Assembly (NCBI GenBank): GCA_030765145.1
Contig: JAVCDA010000082.1
Location: 27,152-91,151, forward strand
Origin: Candidatus Saelkia tenebricola
GTDB taxonomy: Bacteria; Omnitrophota; Gorgyraeia; Kaelpiales; Kaelpiaceae
Length of the DNA: 64,000 nucleotides
Direction: 5' to 3'
The notes under the pieces were generated by a model. The model was not told the DNA's origin, ran no database searches, and saw only the letters and a list, made by a program, of their open reading frames with translations. This document shows, piece by piece, positions 18,870 through 27,904 of this stretch (positions are counted from its first letter, which is position 1; each line of letters starts with the position of its first letter). Made by a program: the position numbers and the translations under genes.

Positions 18870-20194
18870 CTAAGATACCTCACGCCATCTTTAAAATCAT
18901 CGATGATTTTACATCCCTCCTTAAGCTGATCATGAATCCATGAATATTTAAATCTACCATTTCGGCCGGACAATTCCAGATTACTGAAATTGTTTAAAAA
19001 ATCAAAAATTTTCTGGATATTTTTTTCACTTTCTATTTCTAAAACAGGATAGGCATATTCTAATCTTTCTACTGTACCGGATAATATTTCTCCCCTTGTT
19101 ATCCACCCTATTTCTATAAGCTTCAAACAAGCTATTTCTATTAGCTCTTCATCCTTCATTTGCCACAACTCGTCTGTTACCTGAGAAGGAATTTCTACCA
19201 TCAGTGAAGTCTTTTCTTCTGGAGACATAGCTTTGCTTCTGTTTTTGGGCTCAGAAATTCTCATAAAAGGAAATTCCAAAGAGGGAAAATAAACTGTACC
19301 ATGTTTAGTTACTATTTTTTTATCCAAAAATAAAACCACCAATATTACGCTGCGAAAATACAGTTTTCTGGCTAAAAGCAAAATTTCTTCCGGCGGAGAA
19401 GGCTCCAAAATCTGCAAAAACATATTGATGGGTATCGTACTTACTAACTTATCTATTTTTACTCCTTTTTTCCCATTAATTTCTACTTCTTGTATCCGTT
19501 TATAGTTATGTAATATTTTACTTACCTTAGCCTCTTTTAAAATATTTTTATTCCCGCAAAACTCTGCTATCTTTTCACAAATTGCACCAATTCCAACTCG
19601 CGGATAATAAAAAGTGCCTTCTAAATGTTGGGCAGAAACATTCTTTCTTAAAAAGCTATTTAAATTTAAACCTCCTAGTCTTTCCCCATGGACATTCAAC
19701 GAAAGCTTATCGCAAGATATACCCCATAATTTTTTAGAATAATTTAATAAAAAAAGCCCTGCAATAGTCTTTCCATATCGCTGTAAAACAAAATCTTCAA
19801 AATTATTACTGCTCTTCCTCAGCCTTGAAAACAAAACTTCAATTAAAGCTTTTCCAAACATAGTAAATCCTATATTTTTTATTAAATTTAGCGGCGAGAG
19901 TGGAAAATCGATTAATTTTCCTTGATGATAGATACAACTAGGAATAGTTATTTTTTCTAACTCTTCTCCTAACAAGCCTTTTGCCATTTCTGTGACATAA
20001 ACATCTTTATTGTGAAAACGATGTGCTCCTGAATCAAAAAGAAAATCTTGATGACTAAATGTTGTGCTCAAACCACCTACTCGATTTCTAGCCTCATAGA
20101 TTGTAAAAGACATGCCTTCTTTCTTCGCATAATAGCCGACAGCTAACCCCGCGGTACCCGCACCTAAAATAGTAATGTGTAAGGGCTTATTCAT
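18866..20194 (-). CDS. FAD-dependent oxidoreductase (amine oxidase / UDP-galactopyranose mutase-like fold)
   Basis: N-terminal dinucleotide-binding motif ILGAGTAGLAVGYYAKKEGMSFTIYEARNRVGGL; GAHRFH and YHQGKLIDFPL motifs resemble UGM / protoporphyrinogen-oxidase-like flavoenzymes. Confidence 0.7.
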   Translation of the reverse strand: MNKPLHITILGAGTAGLAVGYYAKKEGMSFTIYEARNRVGGLSTTFSHQDFLFDSGAHRFHNKDVYVTEMAKGLLGEELEKITIPSCIYHQGKLIDFPLSPLNLIKNIGFTMFGKALIEVLFSRLRKSSNNFEDFVLQRYGKTIAGLFLLNYSKKLWGISCDKLSLNVHGERLGGLNLNSFLRKNVSAQHLEGTFYYPRVGIGAICEKIAEFCGNKNILKEAKVSKILHNYKRIQEVEINGKKGVKIDKLVSTIPINMFLQILEPSPPEEILLLARKLYFRSVILVVLFLDKKIVTKHGTVYFPSLEFPFMRISEPKNRSKAMSPEEKTSLMVEIPSQVTDELWQMKDEELIEIACLKLIEIGWITRGEILSGTVERLEYAYPVLEIESEKNIQKIFDFLNNFSNLELSGRNGRFKYSWIHDQLKEGCKIIDDFKDGVRYLR

Positions 20195-20204
20195 ATATCT
20201 GCGA

Positions 20205-22109
20205 TTATTTTAAATATTGTTTAAAATCTTTATTTACGATATACATATCGTGCCAGATTAAAAACATCAATAATGCCCAGAGAAAACGCCCGTTATCCTG
20301 TTTTTTATTCAAGTGCTGCTTCCATTTAAACGCTATAAATTCAAAGTTAAAAAGACCTGTTTTTTCAATATTCTTTTTGGAAAAATATTTTTCCCCCAAA
20401 GTTTTAAACTCTTTTAAAAACCAAATTGAATAAGGCAATTCAATACCGAAATTCTTACGTCGGATAATCTCTTTTGGCAGGTAAGATTTCATTGCCTGCT
20501 TTTGAAAATATCGACGGCGGAAATAATAAATCTTATATTTTGTCGGAATTTTACTTGTAAAATCCACCACATTTCTATCCAGATACGGGAACCTTGCCTC
20601 AACAGAATGCGCCATTAACATACGGTCATTCTTCAGCATTAAATTTCCAATAAGAAAATATTTGAAATCAATCAACCCGATTTTATTAAGCTCATCAGCA
20701 AAATTGTTATTTTCAAATAACTCTCTAAATAGCTCTTCGCTTTCTTTAAACCGATGATGAAGTAAAAAAGATGCTTTCTCCTTTGTATTTAAAACATGGC
20801 GCCAAAAATAATGAGCAGCAGGCACATCTTTTTCACATCCTTCAGTAAAACGTTTGGCCAAAAAATCAAAACTCAACTTACTATATGAAACAGGCAAAAG
20901 GGAACAGCATTCTTGAACAAGTCGTCTTAAAAACACGGGAGTAAAATGACGATATGATTTGGCAATCTTATAGGCAAGATGCGTTTCATATGCATTAGAC
21001 ACTTCATCCCCGCCTTCTCCTGATAAAATCACTTTTACGTATTTTTTAGCTTCTTTGCTTAATAAGAAATTAGGAATTGTTGAACCATCATTAATTGGCT
21101 CATCCAAATAAGCCATATGTTTAAAAATGTTTTCTAAAATATCATTTGGATTGACAATAATTTCATGGTGAATTGAACCGGCGTAGGATGCCATTATTTT
21201 TTGGTATTTAGATTCATCGAAACTGGGATTGTTTATTCTTAAAGAAAACGTATGCAGCTTACTACTGTGCCCTAACATTTTAGCTAAACCTAAGATCGTA
21301 CTGCTATCCATCCCCCCGGAAAGAGTTACTCCTACCGGACAATCAGCAATGAGATTATTCTCTACAGACTGTACCATAACATTAAAAAAACCATCAATCG
21401 CTTCTTTCTTACTCATTGTATAATCAGACTGAAAATTAATTTTAAAATATTCACGCAAAATAACCGTCTGTTCTTTAAAATCAACCTCGAGTAAATGGCC
21501 GCCATCAATTTCCTTAATTCCAGAAAATGCAGTCATAGTCCCAGGAATATAACCTAAAGAAAAATAATGATATATTGCTTCATGGTTTACGCGAGGCGTA
21601 AACCAATCCAGCGCAAAAAAAGATTTTATTTCTGAAGAAAAGTATACACATTCGCCTTTTTGCATAAAAAATAAGGGCCTCGTGCCATAATGATCCCGTA
21701 CAATGTATGCTTTCCCTTCTTTTTTATCATAAAGGCAAAACGCAAACATCCCTGATAATTTGTGAATAAAATCAATACCTATTTGATCATAGAGATAAAG
21801 AAGAACCTCTGTATCTGAGCAGGTAATAAGTTCTTCTTTAAACTGCTTCCTGAGTTCCTGAAAATTAGTCACTTCTCCGTTATAGGTTAACCAAACATTC
21901 CCCTTTGCATTACTCATCGGCATATTGGACCTATCATCAGGATCAATCACCTTAAGCCTGGAATTTCCTAAAAAACATCTTCCATCATGAAAGCTTCCCT
22001 GATAATCCGGACCTCGATGATTTAAAAGCAAACTCATTTCATTGCCTTCTTTGTAATCATGCTCATTTAAGTTATTCTTTAAACTTAAAATCCCGCTAAT
22101 GCCACACAT
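20205..22109 (-). CDS. asnB: asparagine synthetase B-type glutamine-dependent amidotransferase
   Basis: N-terminal MCGI nucleophile Cys2 of the Ntn glutaminase domain; SGGMDSS PP-loop in the synthetase domain; 634 aa. Confidence 0.9.
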   Translation of the reverse strand: MCGISGILSLKNNLNEHDYKEGNEMSLLLNHRGPDYQGSFHDGRCFLGNSRLKVIDPDDRSNMPMSNAKGNVWLTYNGEVTNFQELRKQFKEELITCSDTEVLLYLYDQIGIDFIHKLSGMFAFCLYDKKEGKAYIVRDHYGTRPLFFMQKGECVYFSSEIKSFFALDWFTPRVNHEAIYHYFSLGYIPGTMTAFSGIKEIDGGHLLEVDFKEQTVILREYFKINFQSDYTMSKKEAIDGFFNVMVQSVENNLIADCPVGVTLSGGMDSSTILGLAKMLGHSSKLHTFSLRINNPSFDESKYQKIMASYAGSIHHEIIVNPNDILENIFKHMAYLDEPINDGSTIPNFLLSKEAKKYVKVILSGEGGDEVSNAYETHLAYKIAKSYRHFTPVFLRRLVQECCSLLPVSYSKLSFDFLAKRFTEGCEKDVPAAHYFWRHVLNTKEKASFLLHHRFKESEELFRELFENNNFADELNKIGLIDFKYFLIGNLMLKNDRMLMAHSVEARFPYLDRNVVDFTSKIPTKYKIYYFRRRYFQKQAMKSYLPKEIIRRKNFGIELPYSIWFLKEFKTLGEKYFSKKNIEKTGLFNFEFIAFKWKQHLNKKQDNGRFLWALLMFLIWHDMYIVNKDFKQYLK

Positions 22110-22196
22110 TTATTATCGCCTCTTTTTTGAAATCATTTCTATACACATAATTATTTTATCACCATCTTCTTTTTCTTTTAAGAGATAGATTTCTTA

Positions 22197-22230
22197 TTGA
22201 CAAAATCAAATGTTTTCGCTTCAATAAATA
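22197..22230 (+). promoter_or_regulatory. candidate promoter in the divergent asnB / membrane-protein intergenic region
   Basis: Perfect TTGACA at 22197-22202; several AT-rich -10-like boxes (TAAATA, TATACT) downstream, but spacing is not ideal. Confidence 0.3.
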
Positions 22231-22249
22231 TACTCATTTTAAAACATTT

Positions 22250-24076
22250 ATGCAAACCACGAAATCTATTTATCAATGTATACTTATTGCAACCTTGTAC
22301 ATATTATTAATTATTTCGTTCTGTCTGCCTTTTAGATTATTGTTTCCACCCAATATTTTAGGAACCCATATTGATTTAGATGCGTTATGCTGGGATCAAT
22401 GGTTTACCAAAAAATGTATCACCGAATTGAATTTTTCCCAACTTTGGCATACCGACTTTATCGCTTATCCTCATGGTACAAATTTATTTCTTGATCACGG
22501 ACCTCCGTTTTGGGAATGCATATCAATCCCCTTCCAGCTCATCTTACCTTTTCCTAGTAGCCATACGTTTTTAGTCATTTTTATCTTGCTTCTTAACGCC
22601 TTTTCATTCTTCATTCTTGCCAAATATCTCTATAAACATATTCCGCTTGCCTTTCTTGCTGGAATACTGGGAAGCATTAATCCTTATACCATATATCACA
22701 TAAACGCCGGCCGCCCACAACAAATAGCTATATTCTGGGCCCCTTTATTTATGTTGTATCTCCTTAAAACTAAACAACAACCAAACATAAAAAACACTAT
22801 TATTACATCTGTCATATTAATTCTAACAGCTCTTTCTTACTGGTATTATAGCATGTTTCTGATTATATTTATGATCCTTTTCCTCTTCTATTCTTACTTT
22901 CTGCATGCTACTAAAAGAGAGAAATTAATTCTTACTAAAAACATTTGTTTAGTACTGTTCTTTTTTGGTCTTAGCATACTGCTTTTATTTGGTTATCCTG
23001 TTATCGTAAAAGGCCTTTATCCTCAAGGCTATAGCGCTATTAGACCTTTCCCATCTTTTCAAGAAATCGTCTCTAAAAATACTTCTGTCTGTTTTTCGCA
23101 TATGCTCTTATGCACATCATTCGGTGCTTATTATCCTTTGCTATTAATATTAATTATCAACATTATCTCCTTCCTAAATTTAAAATTTTTCAAAAAAAAT
23201 ATACTCTGGATTACTGCTGCTGACCTTTTTTACATCCTATCTCTTGGCCCTTATGTAGGCATTTTTAATAAAATCATCCCTTCCCCACTCTTTATGGCAT
23301 GCTATTATCTGCCTACTTTCTCTCGTTTCTGGTGGCCAATCAATTACTTTATCCTCAGTACAACCTGTTCTATTGTTATTATTATATCTTTTATTTATGA
23401 CTTGTCTCATTACAAAAGATTGAGAACAATAGTATCTATCTTTCTCTCATTTAGCTACCTTGTATTATTTTATAACATCCAATACAACTCGCCCCCCTCT
23501 TTGCAACCTCTCCCTCCAAGCAAACATCCAAAATTCAATTTTTCAAGCTTAAAAATACCGCAACTAAGAATTGGATTTCGCTTCTCACGATTAAGAGTAC
23601 CGCATCCGGTATATATTTATCTTAAAGACCAAGAAAACGGTGCAGTTATTGAACTACCGTTTGAATTGGAAAAAGTTCTCTTTCTTAATAACCAAAGAAC
23701 TCACAAAAAAAATACTTTTAACCACCCTGGATATGGACATGATGAAGAAAGTCTTCTCTGGCCAGAAGAACAGATACAACTACTTAAAAATAACCTCTTC
23801 TTACGTTATGTTGATGAAGTATGCAAACATTATTCCCGCACAACAGCCAAAAAAATAACCCCGAGACAATACACTCCTCAAGGGATAAAAAAAGCACTTG
23901 AGGAATTACATAACCTGGGATTTAATTATATTGTCGTCAATCCCGCATATACCTCCCGTTATTTTGAAGAAAATAGCCTACTTGAAAATTTAGTTAAATT
24001 TCTTCCCGCTCCCTTTAAAGAGTATCCTGATAACCTGAAGTTATACCGTATTGATAATCTAATTGAAGTTAATTAA
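22250..24076 (+). CDS. polytopic membrane protein with C-terminal soluble domain (putative GT-C-like glycosyltransferase), tandem paralog 1
   Basis: About 13 TM helices; N-terminal loop motif CWDQWF...FIAYPHG shared with four other paralogs in the window; C-terminal domain of about 180 aa; 14-nt overlap with the next gene. Confidence 0.55.
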   Translation: MQTTKSIYQCILIATLYILLIISFCLPFRLLFPPNILGTHIDLDALCWDQWFTKKCITELNFSQLWHTDFIAYPHGTNLFLDHGPPFWECISIPFQLILPFPSSHTFLVIFILLLNAFSFFILAKYLYKHIPLAFLAGILGSINPYTIYHINAGRPQQIAIFWAPLFMLYLLKTKQQPNIKNTIITSVILILTALSYWYYSMFLIIFMILFLFYSYFLHATKREKLILTKNICLVLFFFGLSILLLFGYPVIVKGLYPQGYSAIRPFPSFQEIVSKNTSVCFSHMLLCTSFGAYYPLLLILIINIISFLNLKFFKKNILWITAADLFYILSLGPYVGIFNKIIPSPLFMACYYLPTFSRFWWPINYFILSTTCSIVIIISFIYDLSHYKRLRTIVSIFLSFSYLVLFYNIQYNSPPSLQPLPPSKHPKFNFSSLKIPQLRIGFRFSRLRVPHPVYIYLKDQENGAVIELPFELEKVLFLNNQRTHKKNTFNHPGYGHDEESLLWPEEQIQLLKNNLFLRYVDEVCKHYSRTTAKKITPRQYTPQGIKKALEELHNLGFNYIVVNPAYTSRYFEENSLLENLVKFLPAPFKEYPDNLKLYRIDNLIEVN

Positions 24077-25865
24077 AACTAATGTACAAAAAATTGCTCG
24101 ATATATCCTTATCATTGTTTTATACTTAGCATTTATTACTTCGTTCTGCCTACCATTTAAATTATTATCCTATCCCCATATTCTAGGGATAGGGATGGAA
24201 AATCCTGATTTAAGCGGGTCGTATTGGATTCAATGGTTTATCAAAAAATGTATTACTGAATTAAATTTTTCCCAACTTTGGCATACCGACTTTGTTGCTT
24301 ATCCTCATGGCATGGATCTGCTCTCTGATTTCGGACCTCCGTTTTGGGAATGCATATCAATCCCCTTCCAGCTCATCTTACCTTTTCCAACCAGCTATAC
24401 AGTTTTAGTTTTGTTTATCTTGTTTCTTAATGCCTTCTTATTTTTCCTTTTTGCTAAGTTTCTTTATAAAAACACTTCACTTGCCTTCCTTGCTGGAATA
24501 TTGGGAAGCATCAATCCTTATACAATACACCACGTAAATGCTGGTCGCCTACAGCAAATGGCTATATTCTGGATCCCTTTATTTATGTTGTATCTCCTTA
24601 AAACTAAACAACAACCAAACATAAAAAACACTATTATTACATCTATACTATTAATTCTAACAACTCTTTCTTACTGGTATTATGGCATGTTTCTAATTAT
24701 ATTTATGTTCCTTTTCCTCTTCTATTCTTACTTTCTGCATGCTACTAAAAGAGAAAAACTGATTCTTACTAAAAACATTTGTTTAGTACTTTTCTTTTTT
24801 GGTCTTAGCATACTGCTTTTATTTGGTTATCCTGTTATCGTAAAAGGCCTTTATCCTCGAGGCTATAGCGCTATTAGACCTTTCCCATCTTTTCAAGAGA
24901 TCGTTTCTAAAAATACTCCTAACTATTTTTCTTTTATGATTAGTGGAACATCCTTGAAAAGACTTGTCAATTCTTCATTAATAATAGCAATAACTAATCT
25001 CCTTTTTCTGTTTAACATAAAATCTCTTAAAAAAAATCTTCTCTGGATTATCAGTGCAAATATTTTCTATCTCCTGTCCCTTGGTCCCTATTTAAATATT
25101 TTTGGTACAATTGTTCCTTCTTTTACTTTCATCTTTTTTTATTATCTTCCCACATTTTTACGTTTATGGTGGCCTATTAATTACTTCTCCATGAGTATCA
25201 GCTGCTCTATTATCATTCTGATATCGTTCATCAATGGATTAACTTATCACAAACGGATAAAAACAATTCTTTCCTCTTTCATATCGCTCGTATTCATTTT
25301 GTTGACTTATGGTAATCAGCATGAATTCTTACCTTCTTCAACGCTTTCTTTTGAAAATTTACGATTCCGTTTCTCGCAAATAAAAGAACCTCATTCGGCA
25401 TATTGTTATCTTAAAAACCAAGAAGCTACTGCAATAATTGAATTGCCGCTTAATTGGGGCTCCACATTATTCCTTGATAATCAGATGGTCCATCAGAAAA
25501 GAACTTTTAATTTCCCTGGATATGGATTCGGCGAAGAGATATTTATTTGGCCAGAAAAACAAGTGCAATTACTTAAAGAGAATCTCTTTTTGCGTTATGT
25601 TGATGAGGCATGCAAACATTATTCTCACACTCCAGTCAAAAAAGTAATCTCGCAACAATACACTCCTCAAGGGATAAAAAAAGCACTCGAGGAATTACAT
25701 AACCTGGGATTTAATTATATTGTCGTCAATCCCGAATATACCTTCCGTTATCTTGGAAAAGAAAACCTGCTTATAGATTTAATTAGATTTTTCCCTGTTC
25801 CTTTTAAAGAGTATTACGATGGTCTAAAATTATATCGTATTGACAATCTAATCGAAGACAGTTAA
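24063..25865 (+). CDS. polytopic membrane protein with C-terminal soluble domain (putative GT-C-like glycosyltransferase), tandem paralog 2
   Basis: Long, nearly identical N-terminal and C-terminal stretches shared with the upstream paralog (overall about 60-70%), with a divergent middle segment. Confidence 0.55.
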   Translation: MKLIKTNVQKIARYILIIVLYLAFITSFCLPFKLLSYPHILGIGMENPDLSGSYWIQWFIKKCITELNFSQLWHTDFVAYPHGMDLLSDFGPPFWECISIPFQLILPFPTSYTVLVLFILFLNAFLFFLFAKFLYKNTSLAFLAGILGSINPYTIHHVNAGRLQQMAIFWIPLFMLYLLKTKQQPNIKNTIITSILLILTTLSYWYYGMFLIIFMFLFLFYSYFLHATKREKLILTKNICLVLFFFGLSILLLFGYPVIVKGLYPRGYSAIRPFPSFQEIVSKNTPNYFSFMISGTSLKRLVNSSLIIAITNLLFLFNIKSLKKNLLWIISANIFYLLSLGPYLNIFGTIVPSFTFIFFYYLPTFLRLWWPINYFSMSISCSIIILISFINGLTYHKRIKTILSSFISLVFILLTYGNQHEFLPSSTLSFENLRFRFSQIKEPHSAYCYLKNQEATAIIELPLNWGSTLFLDNQMVHQKRTFNFPGYGFGEEIFIWPEKQVQLLKENLFLRYVDEACKHYSHTPVKKVISQQYTPQGIKKALEELHNLGFNYIVVNPEYTFRYLGKENLLIDLIRFFPVPFKEYYDGLKLYRIDNLIEDS

Positions 25866-25898
25866 AAAATCCACTCAATTGCAAAAATATTTCTACTC

Positions 25899-26495
25899 CT
25901 AATAAATTTTACAACTATGCAAATACATGTCTTTTTTAAACAATCTGAAAAACTTTTCCTTTTTAAAACCCATTTTTCTTAACAACGAGTTAACTGCAAT
26001 ATTTTTGATAGAAGTAGAAACTTTTACTTTTTTTATTTTGTTTCTATTCATTACACTAAGTACACTGCCTATTAAATTAATAGCATTATTTTCTCCACGC
26101 GATTGGGGATTAATTGATATAAATAAAAGCTCTGCATTTACACTTCTAATGTATGACTTGAATGGATAAAAAGGTAACTCTAAAATTTGCAAAAAACAAA
26201 TTGGATTAATAAGCAATTGCTTAAAATAGATTAAAAATAATTTCCAATCACTCAGTAATTCCGAAAATAATTTTTTGCTGTTCAATGCTGCCATAATAAA
26301 ACCGGCAACGTTTTTATCTTCTACAACTAAGCTGATACAATTTTTAGATTTTATAATTAACCCTAAATATCGCCTTATGAAATTACATCCGAACTTTAGA
26401 AGATATGAATCAAACATATAATCGACATAAAGCTGAAAAATTACATCTAAATCTCCCGGGGATGCATCTCTGATTATTTTCTGTGTTTCCACCAT
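25899..26495 (-). CDS. putative GNAT-family N-acetyltransferase
   Basis: 198 aa; N-terminal IRDASPGDLDVIFQLY and a central QSRGENNAINLIGSVL segment resembling the GNAT acetyl-CoA-binding motif; weak. Confidence 0.4.
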   Translation of the reverse strand: MVETQKIIRDASPGDLDVIFQLYVDYMFDSYLLKFGCNFIRRYLGLIIKSKNCISLVVEDKNVAGFIMAALNSKKLFSELLSDWKLFLIYFKQLLINPICFLQILELPFYPFKSYIRSVNAELLFISINPQSRGENNAINLIGSVLSVMNRNKIKKVKVSTSIKNIAVNSLLRKMGFKKEKFFRLFKKDMYLHSCKIY

Positions 26496-27904
26496 AGAAT
26501 TATAAAAAAAAGCAAAATCTTTATGCCCTTAAAATATTTTGTTACATCAGATAAAGTTTTTATCTTTACCATATGCCTATACCAAATTTTAGGCTGTAAA
26601 TAAAACTTGCAATAAAATTTTCTATAATAATACAGCAATTCATTGTGACTCAAACTTTTAGGAACAAATACAGGCTCCCACAAATTATGCTTAGACAAAT
26701 CTTTAGTGATCATCTTGCCGTATTTCTCAACTAGTGAATATTGAAAAGTATTTTTTAAAGGGGTATTAATTTGAACAGTTATATCTTCTAAAGGCAAGCT
26801 ACAGGCAAAATCTATCGTTTCTTTTATGGTCTCCTTGGTATCAACAAGATGGCCAAGCATAAAAAAAGCTTTTGGTTCTAAATCCAGTTCATATGCCCAT
26901 TGAGCAACACGCCTAACTTGATATTTTATCAAGCCTTTTTTTATAAACTTCAACACATCTTCGTTGCCGGATTCAACACCAATCCGCACTCTCCAACAAC
27001 CAGCAGATTTCATTTCACTTAACAATTCTTTATCTAATACATCAGCTCTTACAGAACAAGTCCAGGTCAAATCCATATTAGCCTTCTTTATTTCTTTCGT
27101 AATTTTATACACTCTATTTTTATTGGGCGTAAAAGTTGAATCTACAAATGCAATGTCTCGCGCCCCAAAATTATCAACCAATTGAGTCATTTCCCGAATC
27201 ATATACTCGGGACTAAAAGTGCGATACTTATTACCAAATACACTCTTGTCACAAAATATACACGAATACGGACAACCTCTACTTGTAATCATACTTAATT
27301 TAGGCAATCTCTTTTGGTCATTAGGCTGAGGTTTATATTTATAAATCGGTACTAAATCTCGAGCTGGGAATGGCAAAATATCCAGATCAGCTATGTATTC
27401 TCTTGGAGGTGAGAAAAAAAGTTCATCCTGCATCGCATAAGCAACACCTTCTACATTTTCAACGACATCTCCTCGTTCCATCACAGATATTAGCTCTTTA
27501 AATGTAACTTCTCCTTCTCCAATTACTGCCAAATCGATTTCCTTATGCCTTAACAAATCCTCGGGATTAGAATTAATGTGCGGCCCTCCGGCTATAATCT
27601 TTATTCCTGGAAGCTTACTTTTTATTTTTTTCGCTAACTCATAACAAGAATAAATCGAAACAGTAAAAGTTGTTAAACCAATTAAATCGGGTTTAAATTT
27701 AACTACTTCCCTTACCGCTTCATCCATAGACAGACCTTCTACAGGCACATCAATAATTTTTACACTTTGACCATCTTTTCTCAAAACTGCGCCAAGATAA
27801 CAAAGACCTAAAGGGGGAGAATTATAAAACAGGCTTCTAACAACAGGACCCAAATTTCTTACTGTCTTAGGAGATAAAGGAGGATTTATTAAAATTACCT
27901 TCAT
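26474..27904 (-). CDS. B12-binding-domain radical SAM protein (class B)
   Basis: MKVILINPP... B12-binding N-terminus; SRGCPYSCIFC; 476 aa. Confidence 0.85.
   Translation of the reverse strand: MKVILINPPLSPKTVRNLGPVVRSLFYNSPPLGLCYLGAVLRKDGQSVKIIDVPVEGLSMDEAVREVVKFKPDLIGLTTFTVSIYSCYELAKKIKSKLPGIKIIAGGPHINSNPEDLLRHKEIDLAVIGEGEVTFKELISVMERGDVVENVEGVAYAMQDELFFSPPREYIADLDILPFPARDLVPIYKYKPQPNDQKRLPKLSMITSRGCPYSCIFCDKSVFGNKYRTFSPEYMIREMTQLVDNFGARDIAFVDSTFTPNKNRVYKITKEIKKANMDLTWTCSVRADVLDKELLSEMKSAGCWRVRIGVESGNEDVLKFIKKGLIKYQVRRVAQWAYELDLEPKAFFMLGHLVDTKETIKETIDFACSLPLEDITVQINTPLKNTFQYSLVEKYGKMITKDLSKHNLWEPVFVPKSLSHNELLYYYRKFYCKFYLQPKIWYRHMVKIKTLSDVTKYFKGIKILLFFIILWWKHRK

Larger units (their letters stand above)
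22250..25865 (+). repeat. tandem gene duplication with mosaic DNA identity
   Basis: DNA blocks about 22420-22570 vs 24255-24400, about 22775-23090 vs 24609-24920 and about 23800-23990 vs 25590-25780 are about 90-100% identical; the intervening segments are strongly diverged. Confidence 0.7.

Noticed and set aside
23640-23858. Small same-strand out-of-frame ORFs inside the tandem membrane-protein genes (23640..23858, 25438..25647)
   Set aside because: They are embedded out-of-frame in the conserved C-terminal domain coding region of each paralog. They are conserved only because the host genes are paralogous.
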